A stretch of 62,702 nt of DNA, the filler included, from Klebsormidium nitens (lineage: Eukaryota > Plantae > Klebsormidiophyceae), in NCBI GenBank assembly GCA_000708835.1. It is 5 parts of 5 records of this genome, joined end to end, with 100 filler letters (N's around TTAATTAATTAA, not from the genome) between each part and the next. Parts side by side here need not be neighbours in the genome. Positions count along the whole stretch, not along the records: positions 43,329 to 62,702 come from DF237505.1; 4 more parts are not named here. One strand, written 5' to 3'. The notes below the pieces were generated by a model. That model saw nothing but the letters and a program-made list of their open reading frames with translations, did not search any database and had not been told where the DNA came from. This document shows, one piece after another, positions 49,222-59,560 of the stretch (its first letter is position 1; every line of letters begins with the position of its first letter). The position numbers and the translations under genes were made by a program.

Positions 49222-50197
49222 CTTTCTTGGCTAGTGAGAACGTCGTGGTGAGATTCTGAAATACCACATGAAATGTGAAACTTGACCACATGAAATGCGA
49301 TAAGTTGAAACTTGACCACATGCAATAGCTGGGTGAAGTTTTCGGAAGGATGTGGAAACCAGCGTTTGATTCAGGGATCATCACTGGACACTCGGAGGTT
49401 GAGCACGAGGAGGGGAAGGGGAATGACTTCCTACAGAAGCCACGTGCGATCCTCCTCAGTAGAATCTATTCTATATTTCCCTGCCATGTGCGCTTCCACG
49501 ACGGACCACACAAACCTTATCCTGGCCACCGTCACCCGTAATCATTGAGCGATTTCCCAAATCGGACCGGATCAATGTTGTTCCGAATCTGTTGTAACTG
49601 ACACATTACCGTCCGAAATATTTGTCATTTGTCGGACCGTTTCGATCGTAAAGACGTTTTTCTGACATCATACCGTCAGCAGTGCCGTGCGCACCGAAAT
49701 GTACGCGCGACCGTCCGATGTGATGTGGTCATCATTATTACCGTTTCCGTCGAAAATGTCGCGCGAAACCGACCGGTTGGACCCAAATTGGATTTGTTGT
49801 CGTATATAATTGTCCCTCGTGGTTACTACATACGACATTCCGGTATTATAAGCGCTAAGCTTATATACCATAACCAGGAGGGTGCGTAAAATTCCCGAGG
49901 TCTATTTACTTAAGGAGACTCATAGGGGTGGCCTCATGCCAAAGAGTTTTGCCGATCAAGTAGTATATGAGGATTATTCGCGGATACCGGGCGTAAAAAA
50001 CCCGGCAGCTTGTGGATAGCCGGTACCGGTTCATACTCGTATGGACGTAATACAGCATTATTAACGCTTATTCGCTCGGATAACGCCCGGTTCGGGCGAC
50101 AGTTTGGGCGAAAACGGTAATAAGTACATTTACGGGCTTTTCATGTGCTCTCTGCGTCAGCATGTGCTGGACGACACACGGGGTTCCACCTCCAAAT

Positions 50198-50971
50198 TTA
50201 AGTACACTCCAGACACTGACAGCTGATTGAATGCATGGACCTCGCCTCCAGATACGTCTCGGAATCCGACGATTCGGCTGCTGATGCAACTGCCATGAGT
50301 GACGCGCGCCTGGCATGCCGCGTTCTGACATGTTCCAAGACCCTGTCCGCACCTTCTCGGTTCGCACATATGGTGGGCCGCGTGCCGAAGTTGACTCGGC
50401 ATTGCGTGGCGACGACCCCTCTTCCCAACGACCTCAAGCTCTCGTGAACCTCCCTGCGAATCCTGTCTCTCTTCCAGTCACGAAAGTGAGCTGCCACGAC
50501 GTCGAACACGCTCATGAGCTCGCCATCCTCGGTGGTCCTTACCTCTGGCACCTTGGTGCTAGAGGGTGGCCTCCTTTTAGGTCCTTTCTTCTCCCTCAAA
50601 GCATGGATATCAGACCTGAGCGAGTTCACCGTCTCCACTAGCTGATCGATGGTCCTCTTCAGAGCTATCAGGGGGCTCTGGCAAGCTGGTTCCTGAGAGC
50701 TGACAAAGCGCAACTCCAACTCTTGCGAATCCACCATCGGCAGGCTGACGTTCAGGGCCCTGAGCAGCATCCTGCAGCCTTCCAGGTCGACGGCAGGCGT
50801 CTCACCGCCTCTCTTGTCGAACGCGTACGTGGACGTCTGTCTGACCATCCCGGAATCCAGCAAGGCTCGCCACTTTCTGCGTGGATTGGAGTGTTTACCC
50901 AACTTGCTGATAACATCGTAAGCGGACGCGAGGAATGGTTCCTCACTGGTGAATCTGATCTGACTGGTCAT
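50198..50971 (-). CDS. Protein with two Bro-N/KilA-like DNA-binding repeats
   Basis: SAYDVIS..G...PRRKW...F...GGETPAVD..G and SVFDVV...F..RPTICAN..G, separated by a coiled coil. Confidence 0.5.
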   Translation of the reverse strand: MTSQIRFTSEEPFLASAYDVISKLGKHSNPRRKWRALLDSGMVRQTSTYAFDKRGGETPAVDLEGCRMLLRALNVSLPMVDSQELELRFVSSQEPACQSPLIALKRTIDQLVETVNSLRSDIHALREKKGPKRRPPSSTKVPEVRTTEDGELMSVFDVVAAHFRDWKRDRIRREVHESLRSLGRGVVATQCRVNFGTRPTICANREGADRVLEHVRTRHARRASLMAVASAAESSDSETYLEARSMHSISCQCLECT

Positions 50972-51004
50972 GGACCGGTCGGTCTTACATTCGGTTCTCA
51001 ATAT

Positions 51005-51481
51005 TTAGCAAGCGTGCTGGACGCTCTCTACGTGCCTATGCAGGAACATCTCTGCTTCGTCCTCTGGTGCCCAATCGTCCCACGTGGCGACGGCCTCCCT
51101 CACACCGTCGCACGTAGGGCACCGGCATTCGTCCAGCAAACCTTCCGTCTCCTCTTCGCACCCACTGCGTTCGGACGCCGTTTCCCAAGCCTCCGAATCG
51201 GAATCCCCGCCGTCCCTCAGCTCCAGCTCCGAATCTGCTATGTCTGCCTCCAGGTCCTCGTAGCGAAGGAATCGCCTCGCCTCGTACTTGAGTGCCATGA
51301 TGACATCTTCTCGCGTGACGAGAGTCCTCTGCGCGTGCTCTGCGTATGCTGCTGCGGTCTTTGCTGCATTCTTCACCATGGTATACACGAGTGCTAGCAG
51401 CTTATTCACAAATGTTTCGTCCAGCGAACGAGCCGTCCTATCATCCGAACCGGCGCTCATGAACGCGTAATCGGACGCCAT
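51005..51481 (-). CDS. Histone-fold (H4-like) protein with acidic, Cys-containing tail
   Basis: AAKTAAAYAEHAQRTLVTREDVIMALKYEAR aligns with H4 DAVTYTEHA.RKTVTAMDVVYALKRQG. Confidence 0.7.
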   Translation of the reverse strand: MASDYAFMSAGSDDRTARSLDETFVNKLLALVYTMVKNAAKTAAAYAEHAQRTLVTREDVIMALKYEARRFLRYEDLEADIADSELELRDGGDSDSEAWETASERSGCEEETEGLLDECRCPTCDGVREAVATWDDWAPEDEAEMFLHRHVESVQHAC

Positions 51482-51495
51482 AGCTTCCTTCGCAC

Positions 51496-52924
51496 ATGCG
51501 AAAAAATATCCTGATTTCGGACGCCGATGCGGGAGTGGCGTCCGTCACAATATCTCGCTCTAGGATAGCGATGTCGGGTTCTCGATTCAAATCATGGATG
51601 GGATATTCGGACAAGGCGGTGGAAAGTCCGCAATGCAAGAGTTGCGAGGAATTGGAGAAGAGACTGAACAACGCGAGGGTGGCCCTCGTTCTAGCCGACA
51701 ATTACGCGGAGAGACTCACCCGAGCGCGGGAGGTCTTTGTGCAGAAGCTGGGCGACCAGATCAAGGGCCCTCTTCACGGTGTGGTGGGAATCTGCGGTGC
51801 TATGAGAGAGGAGAATGCACTTCCTCCGGACGCTCGGATCCAGATTGGCGTCATAACCGAGATGTGCGGCCAGATCCTCACGACCATCAACGAACTCTTG
51901 CAGCTCGACACGGCGGAGTCCGGGCGCATGTGCATGGAAAACGTGTCTTTCGATCCGAGGAGGATGACGGACCTCGTCTTCAAGCTGCTCTCGAAGAAGA
52001 TGATCCAGAAACGCGTCGGTCGGTCCATCGACATTCACAAGGACGTGCCAAAGAGCCTGGCCGGTGACGTTTCGCGCCTCCGGCAGTGTCTCGTCGAGAT
52101 CCAAGATACCCTCTTGGAAGAGTCGAGGCCCGGAGACGTGTTGGAGTTGAACATGCGGGTGCTCGATCCAGAGGAACAGCTCATAGCCACCATGCCTCGG
52201 TCCAAGAGGTTCATTCCTTGTCTGTACGAGCTCAAACTGAGGCGAGTACCCCAGCGCGAACTGGCGAATATGGAGCAAGTGGACATCGAGAGGGAGAAGG
52301 AGCCCCAGATCGTACTGAGCGCCGAGTTGGCGCAGGGGTTGAACGGGCGCCTCCTCCGCACGCAGAACTACGCTGCGTTCCACCTGGTGGTCCACTTCCG
52401 CCACCCCATAGGCGGAGCCAATCCCAGCGTCCGATACAGCGCGTCCAGGGACCCGGTGACTGCGGACAAGAAATACACGATCCTACTGTACGACGAGAAC
52501 CCGGTCTTCCTGAAGTTGGTGTGCAAGAGCTTGGCTTCCAAGGGTCACGTGGTCGACATTATGCGAGACATCGAGGAGGTCATAGGATTGGTGGAAGCTG
52601 GGACCGTGCACGAGACGTACGATTGCGTCCTGGTGGACGCGCGACGGCGGTCTGCAATTCGTAGAGAGCTTGCGAGACGTGGAGGAGAGGAACGGCATCG
52701 GACGCATCGCCATACTCCTATCTGTGGTACATGGAACCGAAGGGTGGGAGAGGAGATATGCAGACGCGCGCGTGGACGGTCAATTCCTCAAGCCATGTAC
52801 GGAGGAGACCCTACTGAGTAGGATCAAGGACGCCATGAGTGCCGCGAGCTCTCTGGTTCCCATCGAGGGTGGTGAGATCAGTCAGAACTCATCGTCAAAC
52901 AATAGCGCTCGATCGGGTTCTTGA
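51496..52924 (+). CDS. Degenerate hybrid histidine kinase-receiver protein, with a frameshift near 52640
   Basis: HisKA-like GDQIKGPLHGVVG (His replaced by Asp), then GDVSRLRQCL, with N and G1 boxes not recognisable. Receiver LLYDEN...YDCVLVD continues in another frame as DGGLQFVESLR...RIAILL...FLKP. Confidence 0.8.
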
Positions 52925-53127
52925 AGAAAGCAAAGTTTATCGCGGGAGAGGCCACGAGATCCTCCACCGTCTCCAGATCGGTGGCCGGGTCCGTCGCGAG
53001 TGGGGCCCCCTAGGAGGATGTGCCCCCTGGGAGGGTGCGCCCCCTTGGGGCCCTTGTCCGCCAGGACTGCCAACATGCGTGCCATTGTTGCGAACAAGCG
53101 TGTCAAATACATGTTAGAAAATAAATT

Positions 53128-54510
53128 TCATGAGGATTTAGGATTTTCAGTCTCGGGCTTCTCAGCTTTCAAAGCCCTCTTTGCATCACCCCTCTCCTTC
53201 AACACCGCTTTCACGTACGTCTGCCTCATTGACTGCCTCTCTATCTCCCTCATCAAATCTCCCCTTAGGTCCTCTGCTAACATCTCTCCCAGGTTCTCCT
53301 CGACTCTCTGTAAAGTCTCCAGGGCGAACTCGTCGTACCTTCTAAGCTCGACAAAGTAGCCTTTCATTCTGTTGCAAAAACTACACACCCAAGAAAAGTT
53401 GCCAGCATAAGATTCAACCGCAACGTCCGTTCGATCTATCTGGGGAAAGCTTCCCGGCCCTCCACGCAATCGGTTCCACTCGCACTGCATGTCACAGATC
53501 CCGCACCTTCGCTCCTGACGCAACCAGGCAGCCATCGCCTCCTCATCTGTCAAAAGCTGCGGCGTCCTACCGACGATGCTACACCTTGCCTTGCTGGCTG
53601 TGTTGCGGTTGGTCACACTCTTGTGAACGAGTGACCTCTCGTGCTCTTTGGAAAAGAACTGCATGTATCTGTTTTCTACAGGTCCGAGCACTTTCCTCAT
53701 GTCAGGCAGCTTTCCCGTAAGCGTGTCCGACGCCTTTAAAGATTCGTATGTCGGCAGGTTTGCTTCAACCTCCTCCCATATGGCGAGTTGGGTGAACTTT
53801 ACAGCCTCCTTCTCATCGTCGTCCTCATCATCCTCCACTTCAGACCCTGCCGTTATATTGCTCCGGCTGTTCTCTTCCATCTTGCAGAATATCTCCATGA
53901 GGGTCAAGCACATGTCTTTGAGTTCTGGATCGTCCTTTTTCAGAAGCCCGTCCAGGATCTTCCGGGTGTCCTGTCGTACCACGTTCAGCCTTTCCTTGAA
54001 GGCCACCGATCGAGTTAACCCATTCCGACAAGGCGAGCACATCCACGCTGCTTTCAGAACATCGTCCAACCAGAGGTGGGATTCGTGCAAGGGTATGGCC
54101 GTTCCGCACAGCGTGCACCTATCCAGAAAGTCGGGAACCTCGACCACTTCGATCTCGTCTGACTCGTAAATAGCGCACCTCATCAGTTTGAACAGACTGT
54201 CGACTTTGTCCTTCAACAGAACTTCGTCCGAATCGGTCTGCTCGACCACTTCTCTCATCTCACGAATCATCCGTCGGGTTTCGTCGGCTAGAGCCAGGAT
54301 CTGAGCAATCTTTTTCTCGTTCCTCTCATCTTCCTTGGCCTTGCGCTTTTTCAGGAGCTTTTCCTTCTTCTCCGCCGCCTTCCTCTCTTTCTCCTGGAGC
54401 GCCTCCGCAGCCGTGTAAACCCTCACGTTCCCCTCGGTTCGTGGGCGCTCGATGCTGATATCCGCGCTCATGCCATCGGCTATCTGTAGAGTGTACTTGC
54501 GTTTGGCCAT
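53128..54510 (-). CDS. Large protein with C-terminal HNH/His-Me-finger-like nuclease motif and an internal CxxC..CxxC
   Basis: RCGIC...QIDR.D....Y..NFSWVCSFCNRMKG. Likely start MAKRKY (54510), because the longer ORF runs through promoter-like repeats. Confidence 0.55.
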   Translation of the reverse strand: MAKRKYTLQIADGMSADISIERPRTEGNVRVYTAAEALQEKERKAAEKKEKLLKKRKAKEDERNEKKIAQILALADETRRMIREMREVVEQTDSDEVLLKDKVDSLFKLMRCAIYESDEIEVVEVPDFLDRCTLCGTAIPLHESHLWLDDVLKAAWMCSPCRNGLTRSVAFKERLNVVRQDTRKILDGLLKKDDPELKDMCLTLMEIFCKMEENSRSNITAGSEVEDDEDDDEKEAVKFTQLAIWEEVEANLPTYESLKASDTLTGKLPDMRKVLGPVENRYMQFFSKEHERSLVHKSVTNRNTASKARCSIVGRTPQLLTDEEAMAAWLRQERRCGICDMQCEWNRLRGGPGSFPQIDRTDVAVESYAGNFSWVCSFCNRMKGYFVELRRYDEFALETLQRVEENLGEMLAEDLRGDLMREIERQSMRQTYVKAVLKERGDAKRALKAEKPETENPKSS

Positions 54511-54555
54511 TTCGTGTCTGATCGGAATGATGGTAGTGTGGCCCATGAGGTCCTC

Positions 54556-54737
54556 CTTATATAGGCAGATCGTGGCGTCCGAAACTGCAGTCCTGCAAGT
54601 TCTAGATGCTGGCGAGAAAACCGTCCGAAGCTGGCGTCCGAAACTGCAGTCCTGCAAGTTCTAGATGCCACGTGGAGAGAGAAACACGTCCGAAGCTGGC
54701 GTCCGAAAGCGCGGCTCGGACCCTATATAGGCAGGAT
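54556..54737. promoter_or_regulatory. Repeated divergent-promoter-like region
   Basis: ggcgtccgaaactgcagtcctgcaagttctagatgc twice (~54574, ~54633), gtccgaagctggcgtccgaaa twice, tatataggcag twice (~54558, ~54724); lies between divergent ORFs. Confidence 0.6.
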
Positions 54738-54778
54738 GCGAAAATCGATGGACCATTTCAAACGATCCATTTCAAACG

Positions 54779-55570
54779 ATGGAGCCTACCATCTCGCAAA
54801 GGGAAGTGTACGCCAAGTTGCCACTCGAAATTGCAAAGGACATCAGCGATCGCGCCAAGAGAAGGGAGCTCAAAGTGCTCTACCGTTGGATATGCGACCA
54901 GAAGCGACTGCTCGAGCGCGAGATATTGGTGCTGCCCAGACGCGGAGCTTTCGCGGATTACGCGTATGGTTACGACATCGAAGACACGTGGCAAGTTGCG
55001 ACTATACCGACCGAAGTCCGCTGGTATGCCAGGAGACACTTTTCCTGTCTGAAATTTGAGGAGTGCAAGGATTTGTCGGTTGACGTCTCAGTCGACGACG
55101 TGGATGTGCTGTCAAAGACCCGGGCTCTGAACATGCTGTACTGTATGATCGTGAGCAAATGGTGGGGAGACTTCCTCATATCCAAGCTTAGGTGTTCGTA
55201 CGAGGACGCACCTAAGGGTGACGACTCCGAAGACGAGTCTAATTCCGAAAACTCGGACGGCGAGGACTCGGACTGCGAAGAAGATCAGAGACCCTACTCG
55301 GAGATAGCAAAGGACTTCTTCCCGGACTCCCGGACGCTCGATGCGTTCGTCAGCATGATGACCCTGTACAAAAAGGATCTCGCGATGTTTTGTAAGAAAT
55401 ACGAACAGAGTCGAGTCGAAGTGGAAGAATATCTCCAGCAGCTATACTTGGAAGATCTGAGAGTGTTGTTCGAGAACCAGCGTACAGAGAGTGAGGTCAA
55501 AGCGAAAGGATACTACTCGGAAACCCTGGAATTGCTCTTGCTCTTCGAAGGAGGGCACCTGGACACATGA
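54779..55570 (+). CDS. Hypothetical protein (possible F-box-like LPLEI start, acidic patch)
   Basis: 263-aa ORF with normal composition following the TATA-like motif. Confidence 0.6.
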   Translation: MEPTISQREVYAKLPLEIAKDISDRAKRRELKVLYRWICDQKRLLEREILVLPRRGAFADYAYGYDIEDTWQVATIPTEVRWYARRHFSCLKFEECKDLSVDVSVDDVDVLSKTRALNMLYCMIVSKWWGDFLISKLRCSYEDAPKGDDSEDESNSENSDGEDSDCEEDQRPYSEIAKDFFPDSRTLDAFVSMMTLYKKDLAMFCKKYEQSRVEVEEYLQQLYLEDLRVLFENQRTESEVKAKGYYSETLELLLLFEGGHLDT

Positions 55571-55697
55571 ACGGAAACCCGGACAGAATATACCTCGATT
55601 CGTTCCGCTCGAACGTCCGAATGCCAATGCCCAAACATGCATGCACGCATTTGGAGTTCTGCCCGAAAATTCCCTGGGAGTATATTATATCCTCGTC

Positions 55698-55820
55698 ATG
55701 GATAACGTCGTAGTCGTGCTAGTCGGATTTGCACTCGTGTGTCAGATCCTCATAGTATGTATGATATGCATCGGTGCATTCTGTCCGGACGAGGAGGAAG
55801 AGAAGGATCTTCTGGAATGA
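55698..55820 (+). CDS. 40-aa single-TM micro-protein with acidic tail
   Basis: MDNVVVVLVGFALVCQILIVCMICIGAFCPDEEEEKDLLE. Confidence 0.35.
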   Translation: MDNVVVVLVGFALVCQILIVCMICIGAFCPDEEEEKDLLE

Positions 55821-55869
55821 TGTAAGAACAGAGATCCGATTCTGGCGTCCGAAACTTCCAGACTTCGTC

Positions 55870-58455
55870 CTAAACAACGACTTCCTCCAGTTTCGCCAAG
55901 AGCATGTCCAGTTGGGAACTATATAGTCCATTCCTGGCTCTCTCTCTTTCCTGCGCGGCTCCCCTCTTCTGCCTCTCCGCCTCTAGATCCTCGTGCAGCC
56001 CTTCTGCTCTTCTCTCCGCACTTTCCCTCGCCCCTTTCTCGGACGCCAGGGCTTCTCGCAACTCCGCGTTGGCCCTCTCCACGGCCTCGATGCTCCGACG
56101 CAACTCCTCTTTGCTCCGCCTCTCAGCCTCCAGCTCTTTCTCTATTTCGCACACTTTACTCTTTTCGGCATCCAGCAGCCTCCGCAGCTCTTCTCGTTCG
56201 GCTTCGAAGTTCCCCCGCAACTCCTTCTCCCTCTCCTCCCTCTCCCGCCTCTCTGTCTCCAAACCCGCCCGCAGAGCCCGCCCCTCGTTCTCGAGCCTCT
56301 TCCGCAGCTCCTCTACCTCCCTCAGAACCGTCGCGTCGACCAACGCCGGCTCTCCCCCGACTTCTCTCTCGCCGTCTGCGAAACCCCCGACCCAGCCCAG
56401 ACTCTCCAATCGAGAGGATACGCCGTTTCGGAGGTCGAAGCACGTCGTGCGGTAGATCGGAACTTCCACATTTGCCACCCGAACCGCGCGTCTAACCCCG
56501 GCCATCGTCTCGATCGTCTGGCGTGTTATCTCGTCGCAGTGGACAGCTTTCCCCAAGTCCTTGCCGTACGTGAGCTCTCCCTTTGTGTTCGCTTGCAGAG
56601 TCGCTCCCGGGGCAAAGGTATGGAAGTCGCTGAATTCCACGAACCCGGGCTGCATATCAGTGTCTCCGGAGATGCCTTCCACGAGCCCCTGAAGCTTGCA
56701 AGAACACTGCGAGGCCCTTAGTTGCACTGCATTGAGGATGCTCCGCAGCTGCTCCAGCTCCGGGAAGACGTAGACCCCATCGAGCTCCCACGTGGCTTCC
56801 ACAGCACAGTGGACGCAGGTCTGCACTAGTTTGCCACCCCGCGTTCCGCGCACGGACGCCAGACAAAGGTCCCTCTGGCAGTGTTCGCACCTCCACCCGT
56901 ATCCGTCCTCTGCGTTCACCCACTTCTCGTAAGGCCCTCCTCGTTGCGTCGGAGGGTAACGATAGTCCACGCCGTCCACGCGGTAGTCTGCTTCGTCCAC
57001 GTTCTCGATGGGAATGCCCCGCTCCTGCAGGATCTGGATCCCCGCTGAAGTCCACTCCACCGCTTCCGCGAGCCACGCGAGGGCGTGCGCGCAGATGGAC
57101 TTGCACTGTTCGGGGTGCTCCAGGAAATCCAGTGCCATCTTGATGACCGGCACCATGGCAGGGCCATTCACGCCACTGCCCTCTGCAAACGGAAGGAATA
57201 CATTTCTTTCAGTATGTAGTAGATGCAATGCCATCGATCAGCAGAATTGGCTTCACCATCCCACCCCTTTCTGAAACCACAGCCTTTTATACTACAACGC
57301 TGTGCGGCTCGAATCTCTCTCTCAGAGATGATAATCAAACGGGACAGGTACATATAATATCTCACCTCGCTCGTAGAAAGTACTGAATCTATCTGCAGCC
57401 AAACAGTAGCGGAAAAGCGAGCTGGGGAAGGCAGCATTCACGGCGTAGGCACAGCAGAGGCCAGAGTTGCGCACCTGCACGCACGATGACTTGAAGATAT
57501 TTGACATGTGCTCTCTGTAGAATAAGACCCATCCAGTAAAGATCCTTCTATCTTTTGCTCGTCCGTCACCCTAGGAAATCTGGACACTGGAGCTCACCAT
57601 GTGTGGACCCGTGGTGAAGACGAACCACCCTTCCTCTTGCGTGGCGGTGTAGTAGGGAATCTCCCAAAGGTCCAGCGTAGCCAGAGGTATGACGAGCTTC
57701 TTCCCCAAAAATTGGTTGACCGAGTCCTCTCCCCCAGTCTCCCGCAACTTTGCCATCAGAACCGTGGTCCAAACCCCTGGGATGATGATCCACTGCTTGG
57801 AAGAACCTCCAAACAGATAGTTCAGGCTCTCCAGCAGAAGATCTTCCAGATGCATGGGAGCTAGGGTATCTCTCCCACCCGCATACCACATGCCTGTGGT
57901 GATGCCGACGTGAACCATGGCGAAGTTGAAGCAGAAACGCAGGTTGTCCAGGAATGGTTGTCCTACGTTCCTGCCTTTCTCTGTGGTCTTGGCATCAGAA
58001 GCATACTTCCGCTCTGGAAGGGCAAAGCGCGGATCCCCCAACTCAGAGAAGAACCCTAACCCATCTACCACTGCGTCCGCTGCAGACCCCGGCAGCCGCC
58101 CCTCGTGGTCCGAACAGAATCCATCATAATCTGCCTGTTCGACCTCCCCCCTCTGCAAGACCCTAACGCCCTTGTCTAGAGGCTGCAAGTGTTGAGGTGT
58201 AACCTCCATCCTCATTTTCGCTCTCTTCTTTCTCTGGCCCTTGACAGCGCAACCCTCGTCCTCTCCTGCTTTCCTCTGTGGAAGCGTATGCTCCAGATCT
58301 GCATCTCTCACCTTTAGCAGGATGGCCCCATACCTTTCTGCTAGAGGTCTGGCTACGGTCTCCAGGAACTTTGCGAAACCCCCTGCAGAGATCAAGGTCA
58401 AGACACTCACTACCAGGCGGGGCACCTCCCCTCCATAGAACCTACCAGGCGCCAT
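55870..58455 (-). CDS. JmjC histone demethylase-like protein (759 aa, two introns) with KDM6-like helical/Zn tail and C-terminal coiled coil
   Basis: Exons 58455-57598, 57474-57366 and 57182-55870 splice in frame (2280 nt). Fe triad H-x-E (MHLED) ... H (GPHMVRNSG); LNY and KQW 2-oxoglutarate-binding positions; then RYCLAADRF, AMVPVIKM, RCEHC...TCVHC. Confidence 0.88.
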
Positions 58456-58747
58456 TATCGCTTTCCTCGTCTTTCTCGCTGAATTGTTGGAGATGTGAAG
58501 CTGAGCCTATACGCAGGTCGGACTGCCGTACCATTACCAGTGTTTACCGGTGGTTACCGCGACGAAATCTTCGCTCTAGTACGCAATCATTGGAACCCTA
58601 GGCCCAGAACGGTCTCTACCGTAGATATCCGTTCTGAGCCGTCCGATCGGGCGCCGGAATCGGCGCGGTGTTTTTGAAAAAGTTCAGGGTCTGGAAGGAA
58701 GCAATTAATCCTCACTTTACTTGGGAGAGAGGCACTGGCTAGGCGCA

Positions 58748-59524
58748 ATGGCGGCGGAAGCGTTCCTCAAGCTAGATCAGAATGCACTCAGGCTGATCTT
58801 TGACAAGGCTGGGGTTTCCATAGCCACGGTCAAGGAGGTCTGCAAGGATTGGCTGCTGGTGGGGAGGCGCATCTGCCGGAAGCTGACGTTGACTGGGAAT
58901 GAGGTCATTCCTAGGGATGGAACAGCGGGGGTCCTGAGCTGCCTGCAAGATGTGAAGACCCTGGTCATAGAGAAAGGCTGCTTCCGCAGAGGATCCAAGC
59001 TGCGCCAGAGCACGTTGAAAAGCATCGTAGCTGGAGTGTCGTACAGGCATGTGCAGATAACGAGCCCCCCACTCAAGACCTGTCCTGGGCTAGTTGCGAC
59101 CCTTCACAAACACCTCAACATGGACAGGCTGAAATGCATTTGTCTGTCTGCCCCGTGCATCCCGAAAGTGCTGCTGGCCTTCCTGATCAGTCAAGGGAGA
59201 TGTCTGGAGACCATCCTCATGGGGGGCACAGAGGATGGAGACCTCTCAGCTGCCTTGCAGTCGATTCTGATCAACCACAGCGTCAAGAATTTCGCTCTCA
59301 ACGGACACACGATCTCCGACATGCATCCCTTATCGACAGCCCTTCCCATGCTGTCGTACCTGAGCGTGGAGGTGTTCGGAGAGGTGGACTGGGCTGGTCT
59401 GAAAGGACTCAAAGAGCTTCAGCAGCTCTACGTCGCGATCAAAGGCTCCCACCCGTCCGAAGGAGGCCTGTTCGAGACTCTGGCAGAAATGAAGGGCGTG
59501 ACCGTGGTGGATGTGAAAAAATAA
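58748..59524 (+). CDS. F-box/LRR-like protein
   Basis: N-terminal FLKLDQNALRLIF...VKEVCKDW followed by LxxLxL-type repeats. Confidence 0.6.
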   Translation: MAAEAFLKLDQNALRLIFDKAGVSIATVKEVCKDWLLVGRRICRKLTLTGNEVIPRDGTAGVLSCLQDVKTLVIEKGCFRRGSKLRQSTLKSIVAGVSYRHVQITSPPLKTCPGLVATLHKHLNMDRLKCICLSAPCIPKVLLAFLISQGRCLETILMGGTEDGDLSAALQSILINHSVKNFALNGHTISDMHPLSTALPMLSYLSVEVFGEVDWAGLKGLKELQQLYVAIKGSHPSEGGLFETLAEMKGVTVVDVKK

Positions 59525-59560
59525 GGGTCAGACTGGGGTGAGGATCGGAATGCCAGCACC

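Noticed and set aside
55904-56721. Long plus-strand ORFs antisense to coiled-coil regions (also 43555-45121)
   Set aside because: Expected antisense shadows of E/R/L-rich coding sequence.
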